A DNA stretch of 64,000 nt from an uncultured delta proteobacterium (GCA_963733715.1 CAVTEN010000004.1:75109-139108), one strand, 5' to 3'. Shown: positions 19,427 through 29,024, counted from the first letter of the stretch. The notes: generated by a model from the letters alone, not told the origin. Made by a program: numbers and translations.

Positions 19427-20473
19427 TTGATCGATCTGCGCAGTGACACCGTAACGTTGCCGACGCCGGAAATGCGCGAGGCGATCGCGCGCGCCGAGCT
19501 GGGCGACGACGTTTACGGCGAAGACCCGACCGTGAACCGGCTCGAGGAGATGGCGGCGTCTATTATGGGCAAGGACGCCGCGCTGCTTGTGCCGAGCGGT
19601 ACGATGGGCAATCTTGCTGCCATGCTGACGCATTGCGCGCGCGGCACCAAGGCGATAGTCGGCTCGCAATCGCACACCAATCTTTACGAAGCGGGCGGCG
19701 CGTCGGCTCTGGGAGGCATCGTGCTCACCGCGATCGCCAACACCGAAGAGGGCGAGCTCGACACGCATGAACTCGCGCGCGAGCTTGGGACGCCGGCCGA
19801 CGATCATTTCGCGCAGCCGTCGCTGGTCGTCATCGAAAATACGCACAACCGATGCGGCGGCGCGCCGATCAAGCTCTCGCACATGGCGGAAGTTTCGACG
19901 GCGACGCATCGAAGGAAAATTCCGCTGCATCTCGACGGCGCGCGAATCTTCAACGCGGCGCTCGCGCTCGAGACGACGCCAAAGGAAATCGCGAACAGCG
20001 CGGACACCGTTTCGTTCTGCCTGTCGAAGGGGCTCGGATGCCCAGTGGGTTCGCTCCTGTGCGGGAGCCGCGAATTTATTGCGAGTGCGCATCGCACGCG
20101 GAAACTCCTGGGCGGCGGGATGCGCCAAGCGGGAATAATCGCGGCGGCCGGGATCGTCGCGCTGACCACGATGGTGGATCGGCTGGCCGAGGATCATCAG
20201 AATGCGCGCGCGCTGGCGCAGGGACTCGCGCTGGTCGCGGGACTCAACGTGCGGGCGGTCGCAAATCGCACCAACATGGTCGTGTTCGACGTGGACGGCG
20301 ACGCGGACGCGTCTGGCCGCTTCGCAGTGGCGATGCGCGAGCGGGACGTGCTGATCTCGCCGCGCGATTCGACCTCTTTCCGCGCGGTGACGCATCATGG
20401 AATTTCGCGCGCCGACATCGATCGCGCAGTCGCTGCCGCCGCGCAAGCCACCGGTGAAGTTTTCGGCGACTGA
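19427..20473 (+). CDS. ltaE: Low-specificity L-threonine aldolase
   Basis: IDLRSDTVTLPTPEMREAIARAELGDDVYGEDPTVNRLEE..LVPSGTMGNL..FCLSKGLGCPVGS. TTG start. Confidence 0.85.
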   Translation: MIDLRSDTVTLPTPEMREAIARAELGDDVYGEDPTVNRLEEMAASIMGKDAALLVPSGTMGNLAAMLTHCARGTKAIVGSQSHTNLYEAGGASALGGIVLTAIANTEEGELDTHELARELGTPADDHFAQPSLVVIENTHNRCGGAPIKLSHMAEVSTATHRRKIPLHLDGARIFNAALALETTPKEIANSADTVSFCLSKGLGCPVGSLLCGSREFIASAHRTRKLLGGGMRQAGIIAAAGIVALTTMVDRLAEDHQNARALAQGLALVAGLNVRAVANRTNMVVFDVDGDADASGRFAVAMRERDVLISPRDSTSFRAVTHHGISRADIDRAVAAAAQATGEVFGD

Positions 20474-20483
20474 AACTTCAATA

Positions 20484-21266
20484 ATGGACTCACTCGAATC
20501 GTTGTTCTCCCTGCGCGGGCATCGCGGACTGGTAACCGGCGCATCGTCGGGGCTGGGAATCGAATGCGCGAAGGCGCTGGCGATTGGGGGCGCCGACGTT
20601 GCGCTCGTCGCGCGGCGCAAGGATCGCGTCGTTGAGATTGCGGACGAACTCGCGAAAACGCACGGCGTCAGGGCGATTGGGATCGGCGCCGACGTGACGC
20701 GCGAGGACGACCTGGATCGCGTGATGGCCGAAGCGTCGGCCGCGCTTGGCGACATCGATATCCTGGTGAACAACGCCGGCGTGTCGCCGACCGGGCGCGC
20801 CGAGAATTTCAAGCGCGAGGCGTGGGACCAAACGCTCGCGGTGAATCTGACTGCGCCGATGATGCTCTCGCAGCGCTTCGCGCGCCGGCTGATCGAGATT
20901 AAACAGCCGGGCCGAATCATCAACATGGCTTCGATCTACGCGTCCGTCGCGAGTTCGGTGTATCGATTGTCGGCATACGTGGCGACCAAGGCCGCGTTGG
21001 CGAATCTTACGCGTCAGCTCGCGGTCGAATGGGCCGGCTACGGAATTTTGGTCAATGCGATCGCACCCGGATGGATTCCCACCGAGGCGACTGAAGGCGG
21101 GATCGCGAAGCCGGCGAACAAGGAGCGGATGGAAGCGTTCACGCCGATGAAGCGGCTCGGGCTGCCGCACGAGATTCGCGGCGCGGTGATCTTCCTTGCG
21201 AGTCCGGCTTCAAGCTACGTTACGGGGTCGGTAATTTCGGTGGACGGCGGATACCAGGCATGGTGA
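20484..21266 (+). CDS. SDR family oxidoreductase
   Basis: ATG 20484. VTGASSGLGIECAKAL, NNAGV, YVATKAALANLTRQLAVEW, GSVISVDGGYQAW. Confidence 0.85.
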   Translation: MDSLESLFSLRGHRGLVTGASSGLGIECAKALAIGGADVALVARRKDRVVEIADELAKTHGVRAIGIGADVTREDDLDRVMAEASAALGDIDILVNNAGVSPTGRAENFKREAWDQTLAVNLTAPMMLSQRFARRLIEIKQPGRIINMASIYASVASSVYRLSAYVATKAALANLTRQLAVEWAGYGILVNAIAPGWIPTEATEGGIAKPANKERMEAFTPMKRLGLPHEIRGAVIFLASPASSYVTGSVISVDGGYQAW

Positions 21267-21286
21267 GCGCCGCGAGGGGGAGGGGG

Positions 21287-23212
21287 ATGAACGGAACCGG
21301 ACTGAGGGCGCAACTTTTCCGGCGCAAGCCCGCGTCGGCGTTGATGGCGGAGGCGGATGCGCGCGATGGCGGCCTCAAGCGGGCTCTGGGAGCGCTCGAT
21401 CTCACGCTGCTCGGAATTGGCGCGATCGTCGGCGCGGGAATTTTCGTGCTGACCGGCGTCGCCGCTGCAAAATACGCCGGCCCTGCGATCGTACTCTCGT
21501 TCATCGTGTCGGGATTCGCATGCGCGATGGCTGCCCTGTGCTACGCCGAGTTCGCCGCGATGATTCCCGTCGCAGGCAGTGCGTATTCATATTCGTACGC
21601 GACGATGGGCGAGCTGGTCGGCTGGATCATCGGCTGGGACCTCGTGCTCGAATACGCCGTCGGCGCCGCCGCGGTCGCAGTCGGATGGTCGGGCTACCTT
21701 ACCGTCATCCTGCAGGGGCTCGGGATTCATCTGCCAGTTGCGATAACCCACGCGCCCGGGTCGGCGCCCGGCGCGATCATCAACCTGCCCGCACTGCTAA
21801 TCGTGATGCTGATCACGTACGTGCTGTACATCGGCATCTCGGAGAGCGCGCGAATCAATTCGGTCATCGTCGGAATCAAGCTGGTTGTGATCGCCGCCGT
21901 GATCATCGTCGGCGCATTCTTCGTCAAGCCGGCGAACTGGAGTCCGTTCGCGCCGATGGGATGGTCGGGCGTGATGAAGGGCGCGGCCGTAATTTTTTTC
22001 GCCTACATCGGATTCGATGCGGTCTCGACGGCGGCGGAAGAGGTCGTCGATCCGAATCGCGACCTGCCGCTCGGCATCCTCGGTTCGCTGTTCGTATGCA
22101 CCGTGCTCTACATCCTGGTCGCCGGCGTGTTGACCGGGATGGTGCCGGCCCATCTGATCGACGTGAACGCGCCGCTGGCGTCGGCCTTCGTGCTGCGCGG
22201 GATGCATGCCCTGTCGGGATTTATCTCGCTCGGCGCGGTGGCGGGTTTGACCTCGGTGCTGCTGGTGCTGATGCTCGGCCAATCTCGCGTATTTTTCGCC
22301 GTGTCGCGCGACGGCCTGCTGCCGCCGGCCTTCAGCAAGATACATCCGAAGTATCGCACGCCGTATATCCCGACGACGCTGACCGGATTCGCGGTTGGAA
22401 TCACGGCGGCGCTGCTGCCGATACAGGAAATCGCGGAGCTGACGAATATCGGCACGCTATTCGCCTTCGCGCTCGTATGCTTCGGCGTGTGGATCTTGCG
22501 CCACGTCGAGCCGGACCTGAAGCGTCCGTTCCGCACCCCGCTGGTGCCTCTGGTGCCGATCCTTGGCGTCGTGTTCTGCGTCTATCTGATGGCGAGTCTG
22601 CCGGTCGTAACCTGGATTCGTTTTTTCGTATGGCTGGTGATCGGACTCGTCATCTATTTCAGCTACGGCCGCTTCCACAGCAAAGTGCAGAACAACGTAA
22701 TCGATAAGGCCGCCGCGTCAGGAAGAGATAGCGATCGCGATCCTAACCTCTCCTTGTCCGAGGAGAGGTCGGCGCGAGCCGAAGGTGAGCGACGGGAGAG
22801 GTACCACGCTGGCAGGCGCAACTCGCGTAGTTGTGCTGCTGTCGGGCGGCGGACCTGGTGTCTCTGCATTGAGGTTAGACGAGTTGGCGTCGGTGCAATG
22901 TCCGGCGTTGCACCTCACCCGGCGACACCGCTTTTCAAGTTTTCACTGGCTTACGCCGACCTCTCCTCGGACAAGGGGAGGTTAGGAAAAGAGCAAGCTA
23001 TTGCCCCGAGCGGTCGGCTGCTTTCTGGGCGGCTGCGGCAGCGGCGGCGGCCGCCGCGTGGGTCTGAGCGGTTTTTTCCATCGCGGCTTTGCGCTGCTCG
23101 CCGTGGGCGAGATTCTGCCGCATTTGCGCCGCGCCCGCGGCGCCGAGGTTCTGCGTTTCCCACTTCGGTTTGGAGACTGAGACCCACTGCCCGTCCTCAA
23201 GCGCGTAGGTGA
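21287..23212 (+). CDS. APC-family (cationic) amino acid permease; ORF runs about 170 codons past the conserved end into a MITE
   Basis: LTLLGIGAIVGAGIFVLTG, AELAAMIPVAGSAYSY-like AEFAAMIPVAGSAYSYSYA, 12 TM-like segments up to ..YFSYGRFHSKVQNN (about 22700). No in-frame stop until 23212. Both other frames have stops at about 22696-22708. Confidence 0.8.
   Translation: MNGTGLRAQLFRRKPASALMAEADARDGGLKRALGALDLTLLGIGAIVGAGIFVLTGVAAAKYAGPAIVLSFIVSGFACAMAALCYAEFAAMIPVAGSAYSYSYATMGELVGWIIGWDLVLEYAVGAAAVAVGWSGYLTVILQGLGIHLPVAITHAPGSAPGAIINLPALLIVMLITYVLYIGISESARINSVIVGIKLVVIAAVIIVGAFFVKPANWSPFAPMGWSGVMKGAAVIFFAYIGFDAVSTAAEEVVDPNRDLPLGILGSLFVCTVLYILVAGVLTGMVPAHLIDVNAPLASAFVLRGMHALSGFISLGAVAGLTSVLLVLMLGQSRVFFAVSRDGLLPPAFSKIHPKYRTPYIPTTLTGFAVGITAALLPIQEIAELTNIGTLFAFALVCFGVWILRHVEPDLKRPFRTPLVPLVPILGVVFCVYLMASLPVVTWIRFFVWLVIGLVIYFSYGRFHSKVQNNVIDKAAASGRDSDRDPNLSLSEERSARAEGERRERYHAGRRNSRSCAAVGRRTWCLCIEVRRVGVGAMSGVAPHPATPLFKFSLAYADLSSDKGRLGKEQAIAPSGRLLSGRLRQRRRPPRGSERFFPSRLCAARRGRDSAAFAPRPRRRGSAFPTSVWRLRPTARPQARR
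22741..22986. mobile_element. 246-bp MITE-like element (family D) with 33-bp terminal inverted repeats
   Basis: Left end CCTAACCTCTCCTTGTCCGAGGAGAGGTCGGCG. The right end CGCCGACCTCTCCTCGGACAAGGGGAGGTTAGG is its reverse complement with 2 mismatches. Each arm is itself a hairpin. Confidence 0.75.
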
Positions 23213-23579
23213 AGACGAGATATTTGAGATTGCCGGTGGCGAGGCCCTTGGTCGTTCCCGGTTTCACGGGATTGTACTCGACGCCCCCGAGCTTGCAGCT
23301 CACGACCAGGTGATTGTGCGGCCCGTAAGTCGGCAGGTATTCGAACTTCTGCAACAGGTCGATGTACACCTGACCCTTGGCCTTCTTTTCATCCTGCTCG
23401 TCAAAGTAGGGCCCGGTCACATCTGAGAGTTTGTCCTGCAGCGAATTCTGGAGTGCGGGAGTGAGGTCCTTTTGTGCGCGCGCGTGCTGCAAGTCATACG
23501 CATGCGCCCGCGAAGCGCTCAGCGGAAAAAAGAGCGCGGCCGCAAGGGCGACCGCGCTCAGGTTCTTGAGATTTTTCAT
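22998..23579 (-). CDS. Secreted hypothetical protein with poly-Ala C-terminus
   Basis: Signal MKNLKNLSAVALAAALFFPLSASRAHA. Last gene downstream of the exbB-exbD-exbD-VWA run. Tail HAAAAAAAAAAQKAA. Confidence 0.6.
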   Translation of the reverse strand: MKNLKNLSAVALAAALFFPLSASRAHAYDLQHARAQKDLTPALQNSLQDKLSDVTGPYFDEQDEKKAKGQVYIDLLQKFEYLPTYGPHNHLVVSCKLGGVEYNPVKPGTTKGLATGNLKYLVFTYALEDGQWVSVSKPKWETQNLGAAGAAQMRQNLAHGEQRKAAMEKTAQTHAAAAAAAAAAQKAADRSGQ

Positions 23580-23626
23580 AACGTCCCGGCCACCATCATA
23601 GTAGACGAATGGCCGGACGCAAATAT

Positions 23627-24847
23627 TTACTGACTGCCGCTACCGCCATTCAACCCGCGGCCGAACGCAGACACCTGCGACTGCCACTGATCGCCGAACG
23701 CGAGGATCAGCACCTGCTGGTTGATGTGCGCGTCCTTGGTCAACGACTTCATCGAGCCGCCGCCCGCAGTAGCCAGCACTTTGTACGCGGCTTGCGTCTG
23801 TCGATAGAACGCCGGCAACGGCGAGATCTTCGGCGGCTCCTCGCGATGCACCTTCAGCCAGAACTCGCGCTCGAAGCGTTCGTGCTCTTCAGCCGCGACG
23901 TCAACGGTGTTGAAGGTGCCGTTGTTGCTCTTGAACTGCCGAATCAGCGACAGCAGCGGCGCGAAGTCCTCCGTGCGCGGAGGCGAGTCGCCTACCAGCA
24001 CGACGACCTTCTTCGCATACGGCTTCCAGTCCATCTTGTTGATTCCCGTCTCGACGGCGCCGAGCGTGTCTTCTTCCCACTCGCCGCCACCCATCGCCTG
24101 GATGCCGTTTAAGAAGTCGCTCAACTTTTGTGGCGAGAGCGTCAGCGGCTGGATGTTCATCTTCTCGCCCTTGCCGCCGAACACGATTATTCCGATTCGC
24201 GCGATCGGCACCAGCCGGTGAATCGATTGCACCAGTTGCATCATCTTGGCTTTGACGTCGTCGATGATCAGTTTCATCGAGCCGGTGCCGTCGATTACCA
24301 GCACCACGTCAAGGCCCTTGCGCCGCAACTCTCCGATGAACCCGCCGAAGCCAGAGCCGATGCCGTGGCCGTAGCCTGAGCCCATGCCGCCGCCACGCCC
24401 GATTCCGATACCGCCGCCGCCCGCAGCGCGCACGTAGTCACTGGCGAGACCGACGGCCTGCGACGTGTCGACCGCAGTCGGCTGCTCCATCTGCTGCGGC
24501 GCCGAGTCGGGCATCGGCACTTCGGGCATGTCGAGATCCTGCATCTCGTTGCCGCCGCCGCCACCGCCGCCCGCTTCGAGGTTCACCATGATCAATTCGC
24601 GGCCACGCTGTTCGTGCACCGTGATGATCAGGAAGAGCAGGGCGAGCACGTGAAGCGCGACCGATAGTGGAAAGGGCCCGATCAGCAGACCGAGCGCGTC
24701 TTTCATCTTCTGCAGGCGGGTCGCGTCCGCCTCGTCATCCTCGCGGTTCGCCTCGGCCGCGGCCTCCCGCTTGCCGATGATCCGGTAGAAGATGAAAGCG
24801 ACGACGAACGTCGACAGAACAAGCAAAATGATAATTGGAACGATCAT
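23627..24847 (-). CDS. Membrane protein with TonB-like N-terminal anchor, Gly-rich spacer and C-terminal VWA domain
   Basis: ATG 24845-24847 (MIVPIIILLVL). Second TM FPLSVALHVLALLFLIITVHEQ resembles the E. coli TonB anchor (LLSVCIHGAVVAGLLYTSVHQ; S-x3-H). Poly-Gly spacers. VWA/MIDAS LDVVLVIDGTGSM ..VVVLVGDSPP. Confidence 0.7.
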   Translation of the reverse strand: MIVPIIILLVLSTFVVAFIFYRIIGKREAAAEANREDDEADATRLQKMKDALGLLIGPFPLSVALHVLALLFLIITVHEQRGRELIMVNLEAGGGGGGGNEMQDLDMPEVPMPDSAPQQMEQPTAVDTSQAVGLASDYVRAAGGGGIGIGRGGGMGSGYGHGIGSGFGGFIGELRRKGLDVVLVIDGTGSMKLIIDDVKAKMMQLVQSIHRLVPIARIGIIVFGGKGEKMNIQPLTLSPQKLSDFLNGIQAMGGGEWEEDTLGAVETGINKMDWKPYAKKVVVLVGDSPPRTEDFAPLLSLIRQFKSNNGTFNTVDVAAEEHERFEREFWLKVHREEPPKISPLPAFYRQTQAAYKVLATAGGGSMKSLTKDAHINQQVLILAFGDQWQSQVSAFGRGLNGGSGSQ

Positions 24848-24857
24848 ATATAAATTC

Positions 24858-25316
24858 CTACGCTCCGCCTCCCGGCGTCGCGGCACCGCCGCCGCCCGGA
24901 GGGAGCGAAGACACTGCTATTGCTATCGCTTCCGCGCCAGCCGACTTGGCCAAATCCAGGATGCGAACCATATCACCAAGGATAACCTTCGGGTCGCCCT
25001 GGAAAATCACAATTTTGTCGGTTGAATTCTGGAGCGCGTCATGTAGTTGGGGTACCAGTTCGGCCTCGGTAACCTGCTTCTCGTTAAGGAAGACCTGGTG
25101 GTCGGCATTGTAGGTGACGATGATGCCTTTGGGCTTGTCGGTCGGCGACGGCGCACCCTGCTTGGGCAAATCGACGTGGGCTGCGGATTCGATCGTCACG
25201 GCCGTCGTCACCATGAAGATGATCAGCAGGACGAGAAAGATGTCGGTCAGCGGGGTGATGTTGATGTCGGCGAACACCCCGCCGCCTTTGTTACTGCTCA
25301 TTTTTTTTGCTGCCAT
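24858..25316 (-). CDS. exbD: ExbD/TolR biopolymer transport protein
   Basis: FADINITPLTDIFLVLLIIFMVTTAV..VDLP..IVIFQGDPKVILGDMVRILDLAKSAG. Confidence 0.88.
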   Translation of the reverse strand: MAAKKMSSNKGGGVFADINITPLTDIFLVLLIIFMVTTAVTIESAAHVDLPKQGAPSPTDKPKGIIVTYNADHQVFLNEKQVTEAELVPQLHDALQNSTDKIVIFQGDPKVILGDMVRILDLAKSAGAEAIAIAVSSLPPGGGGAATPGGGA

Positions 25317-25341
25317 GCCGATATACCTCTACAGGTAGCGA

Positions 25342-25792
25342 TCAACTGCCTCCACCGGAGGTGTTGGCCATTTGCGCACCCGTGACCCGCTTGGCTGCGA
25401 TTGCAATTTGTTCTGCGTGAGCTTCTTTGGCGATACCCAGGATCCGCACCATGTCGCCGAGCAGCACTTTGCGATCGCCCTGGAACACGACGATCTTCTG
25501 ATCCACCTTGGCCGAGCGCGTCGGTCAAGGCGGATTTGAGTTCGCGCTCGGGCACGTCCTTCGAGTTCACGAACAGCTCGTGCTGCGCAGTGTACGTCAC
25601 GATAACGCCCTTGTTCTCGGGTGCGGTGTTGGTCGCGTTGGGCAGATCGACGTGCGCGGCGGATTCGATGGTGACAGAGGTCGTCACCATGAAGATGATC
25701 AGCAGAACCAAAAAAATATCGGTCAGCGGGGTGATGTTGATGTCGGCGAAAACGCCGCCACCCTCGCCGCCATGAGGTCCGCTAATTGCCAC
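25342..25792 (-). pseudogene. exbD: Second ExbD/TolR paralog, frame broken as assembled
   Basis: GVFADINITPLTDIFLVLLIIFMVTTSV.. reads to ..SALTDALG. The conserved KVDQKIVVFQGDRKVLLGDMVRILGIAKEAHAEQIAIAAK..GGGS* is in the adjacent frame (stop 25342-25344). The shift is near 25493-25500. Confidence 0.8.
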
Positions 25793-26423
25793 GCGATTGT
25801 CTCCCCTGAAGGGCTGCGTCGATCAGGCGGTCGTCGTTGATGTGCTGGATCGCGCTGATGTTCTCAACCTTGACCGAGAAATAGTTGTAGAAAATAACCG
25901 CGACGATCGCGACCGCCAGTCCGAGCGCAGTCGAAATCAACGCTTCCGAAATACCGGCCGCGACGACCGAGAAACCGCCGGTGCCCATGATTGCCATCGA
26001 CTGGAACGCCACCAGAATACCAACCACGGTGCCGAACAGCCCGATGAACGGGGCAGATGCGCCCGCGGTCGCGAGCACCCAGATGTAGCGTTTGAACTCG
26101 AGGCCTTCCTGGTAGCGCCGCTCGTCGTCGAGCTCGAGCAGATGATCGCGGTCCATCGTCTGCGCGCCCGAAATCAGCGTGTGGAAGATACGCTCTGCCG
26201 CCGTCCTGCGCGCCTGCGTCGCCTGCAGCGCTTCGTTGAATTTACCCTGGCGCAGTTGCGGGATCAGCGCGTCCGCGAGCTTGGCCGTCCGCGGTCCGAC
26301 GCCCCACAGTGCCCATACGCGCTCGAAAATAATCGCGAGGCATACGACCGAAATGAAGAGCAGGGGATACGTTGCATAGTATCCCTGCTGAATCATACCC
26401 AAAATTCCAAATTGGCTTTGCAT
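25782..26423 (-). CDS. exbB: MotA/TolQ/ExbB proton channel protein
   Basis: 213 aa. ..LATAGASAPFIGLFGTVVGILVAFQSM..GISEALISTALGLAVAIVAVIFYNYF. Confidence 0.9.
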   Translation of the reverse strand: MQSQFGILGMIQQGYYATYPLLFISVVCLAIIFERVWALWGVGPRTAKLADALIPQLRQGKFNEALQATQARRTAAERIFHTLISGAQTMDRDHLLELDDERRYQEGLEFKRYIWVLATAGASAPFIGLFGTVVGILVAFQSMAIMGTGGFSVVAAGISEALISTALGLAVAIVAVIFYNYFSVKVENISAIQHINDDRLIDAALQGRQSRGN

Positions 26424-26892
26424 CTCTTACCCTCTCGAGATTGATATAAATTGAGCGGCGAAATTCTGGCCCCGCTCGAACCGTTGCGATAACTGTCCCA
26501 AAATGCCTCGGCGGTTCACCCCTGAACCGGACGTTAGCCCAATTTTGGCGAAAAGGGCTACCTCACGCCGGTAAAAGTTTCCCGTGATGGCGCGGAAAGT
26601 CTGAATGCAACAATAGAAAGTATTTGTCAAGGGTCGCCGATCGGAAGGAAAAAATTTGAACATTTCGTCCACGATTGCGAATGCGCACAAGCGGCTCTCC
26701 AGGCCGTGACATGTAGCGCGATGGTCGCACCTGCTCGACATCTGTCGTCATCTACTCTACGCCGTTGGCCATGCTGGCGACTAGATCAACTCTGATCGCT
26801 AATCTGCACCGCCGACGCCCCAACCGCCTTGACTTCTTGCCCCCTCACGTCTATCCAGAAGCTTGCCACAGCAAGCCCACAGGTTGACCGCA

Positions 26893-27528
26893 ATGCGGTC
26901 TTTGTTTTTGTGGCGATTGACGCTTTTGAGAAATCTGGACCCACTCAATAATCAGACGGTGAACAGGGCCGCTATCTTCATAATTGCAGCCACGTTCATG
27001 GTTGTACTCGCGTCTTGCAAGGCGACTCCGGCGTCGGCGCCCCTTGGCCCCCCGCCTGAGCCTGTTGCGAAAGGCCCGACTGACGAGCCGAGCAAGGAAC
27101 TACCCAAGGATCTGTTCCCCTCGATGCCCATCTACCCCGGCGCCAAAGTCGAGCACATCCGCAAGCCCAAGGGCGCGATGCGCGAAATCCTGCTCAGCTC
27201 CGACTCGACGATGCAGCAGATGGTTGGCTACTACAAAGAGGAGCTGAAAAAGAACGACTTCCACATCACGTCCTCGCTGATCATGCCCGCGCGCAGGACC
27301 TGGTCGTGCGATTTCCACTACAATGGGCGCCCCGGCAGCATCATGCTCTATCCGAGCGATCAGGATAAGACGAAAATGACGATCGATCTTATCTACGAGC
27401 TGCCGGCGCACATCGACGAATCGCTGGTGGAACCCAAGGAAGATTTCGACATAGAAGGACCGGGCGAAATGGCCCAACAAGCACCGAACGCAAATCCAAA
27501 TCCAAGCGAGAAAGAGAAGAGGAATTAG
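26893..27528 (+). CDS. Putative lipoprotein
   Basis: Lipobox FMVVLASC. The start is uncertain: ATG 26893, or GTG 26959, which would give a 20-aa signal peptide. No family recognised. Confidence 0.55.
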   Translation: MRSLFLWRLTLLRNLDPLNNQTVNRAAIFIIAATFMVVLASCKATPASAPLGPPPEPVAKGPTDEPSKELPKDLFPSMPIYPGAKVEHIRKPKGAMREILLSSDSTMQQMVGYYKEELKKNDFHITSSLIMPARRTWSCDFHYNGRPGSIMLYPSDQDKTKMTIDLIYELPAHIDESLVEPKEDFDIEGPGEMAQQAPNANPNPSEKEKRN

Positions 27529-27532
27529 TGAG

Positions 27533-28465
27533 ATGGCACTACTGACAGGCAAAGTTGCGGTAATCACCGGCGCCGGCCGCGGCATCGGGCGCGAAGAGGC
27601 GTTGTTGCTGGCCAAGCACGGCGCGAAGGTGGTCGTGAACGACCTCGGCGGCCACTTCGACGGGACCGGGCAGTCGCGCTCGCCGGCCGAAGACGTCGTC
27701 AAGGAAATCCGCTCCGCCGGCGGCGAGGCAGTCGCCAACTTCGAGAGCGTCACCGACTTCAAGGCCGCCAAGCGAATCATCGATTGCGCGATCGACAACT
27801 TCGGCAAGCTCAACATCGTGGTGAACAACGCGGGCATCCTGCGCGACCGCATGATTTTCAACATGAGCGAAGAGGACTGGGACGCCGTCGTCACCGTCCA
27901 TCTGAAGGGCTCGTTCAACGTCGCCCGCCACGCGGCCGCCTACTGGCGCGAGCAGCATAAGGCCGGCAACGTGCTCAACGGCCGGCTGATCAACACCAGC
28001 TCCGACTCGGGCATCCTCGGCAACGCGGGACAGAGCAATTACGGCGCGGCGAAGGCCGCAGTCGCCGCGATGGCGATAATCGTGGATCGCGAGATGAACC
28101 GCTACGGCGTCACCGCCAATGCGATTGCTCCCGTCGCGCGCACTCGACTGACGGTCGACGCGACTCCGCAGACCGCAGCCGGCATGGCGCAGAAGGCGGG
28201 CGAATGGGACGCGTTCACGCCCGCGCACGTCGCGCCGCTGGTCGCATGGCTCGCGAGCGACGATGCCAAAGACGTTCACGGCGAAGTCTTCCGCGTGGGC
28301 CTGGGCAACGTATGGCTGATGCGCGGATGGCACACTGGCGCCAAAGTCTCGAAGAAGGGCTCGATGTGGGAGCCGGCGGAACTCGGCGGCAAGCTCAAGG
28401 AAGAGCTGGCCAAGGGCGTCACCAAGAAAGAAAGCATGGGCGAGGTGATGGGCGGGGGCGTGTAG
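27533..28465 (+). CDS. SDR, MFE-2-type 3-hydroxyacyl-CoA dehydrogenase-like
   Basis: VAVITGAGRGIGREEALLLAKHGAKVVVNDLGG, NNAGILRD, SSDSGILGNAGQSNYGAAKAAV. Confidence 0.8.
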   Translation: MALLTGKVAVITGAGRGIGREEALLLAKHGAKVVVNDLGGHFDGTGQSRSPAEDVVKEIRSAGGEAVANFESVTDFKAAKRIIDCAIDNFGKLNIVVNNAGILRDRMIFNMSEEDWDAVVTVHLKGSFNVARHAAAYWREQHKAGNVLNGRLINTSSDSGILGNAGQSNYGAAKAAVAAMAIIVDREMNRYGVTANAIAPVARTRLTVDATPQTAAGMAQKAGEWDAFTPAHVAPLVAWLASDDAKDVHGEVFRVGLGNVWLMRGWHTGAKVSKKGSMWEPAELGGKLKEELAKGVTKKESMGEVMGGGV

Positions 28466-28469
28466 ATTT

Positions 28470-28991
28470 TTGACCGCTGACACGAAACCTAAAAGCGCGG
28501 CTCCTCGTGAGCCGCGCTTTCGTTCCATCCTGTTCATTTGCGCCGCCAACACCGCGCGCAGCGTGATGGCCGAGCATATCCTGCGTCGCGAACTCGACGC
28601 ACTGGGCTTCGATCACAACATCACGATTACGTCCGCAGGCATCGCGCCGTATGCCCGCGACGGCGCGTTGGTCTCGCTCGACACGCGGATGGCGTTGCGC
28701 GAAGTCGGCATCGACATCAGCGACGAAGCCACGTCGACGGACCTCAAGCGGCATCCCGAGCTGCTCGAGCAGACCGATCTCATCATCGCGATGACCGAGC
28801 AGCAGGCGCGCGATCTGGTCGAACGATTCCCCGGCGCGAAGGAGCGCCCGGTGTTCACGCTACGTTCGTTCGCGGGCGAGACCGGGGACATCGACGACCC
28901 CTACGAAAAAGGCGACCTGGTCTTCGCCGAATGCCGCGAAGAAATCCATCGCCTCGTCCCAACAATCATCGAGCGCCTCTTCCACAACTAG
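28470..28991 (+). CDS. Low-molecular-weight protein tyrosine phosphatase / ArsC-fold phosphatase
   Basis: P-loop ILFICAANTARS (CX5R-S) and DIDDPY (Asp loop). TTG start. Confidence 0.8.
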   Translation: MTADTKPKSAAPREPRFRSILFICAANTARSVMAEHILRRELDALGFDHNITITSAGIAPYARDGALVSLDTRMALREVGIDISDEATSTDLKRHPELLEQTDLIIAMTEQQARDLVERFPGAKERPVFTLRSFAGETGDIDDPYEKGDLVFAECREEIHRLVPTIIERLFHN

Positions 28992-29024
28992 CCACGCCGC
29001 GCGTCGCGCGTGATCATAGTTAGT

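Noticed and set aside
26436-26454. Fur-box-like AT-rich string GAGATTGATATAAATTGAG just upstream of exbB.
   Set aside because: It matches only about 11 of 19 positions of the GATAATGATAATCATTATC consensus. That is not distinguishable from chance in an AT-rich leader.
26427-26751. Minus-strand ORFs (104 and 62 aa) in the 440-bp exbB upstream region.
   Set aside because: They have low GC3, are Cys/Phe/Arg-rich, and have no motifs. The region is more likely promoter or leader. TTGACA on the minus strand at 26625-26630 is a possible -35, but no convincing -10 was found.
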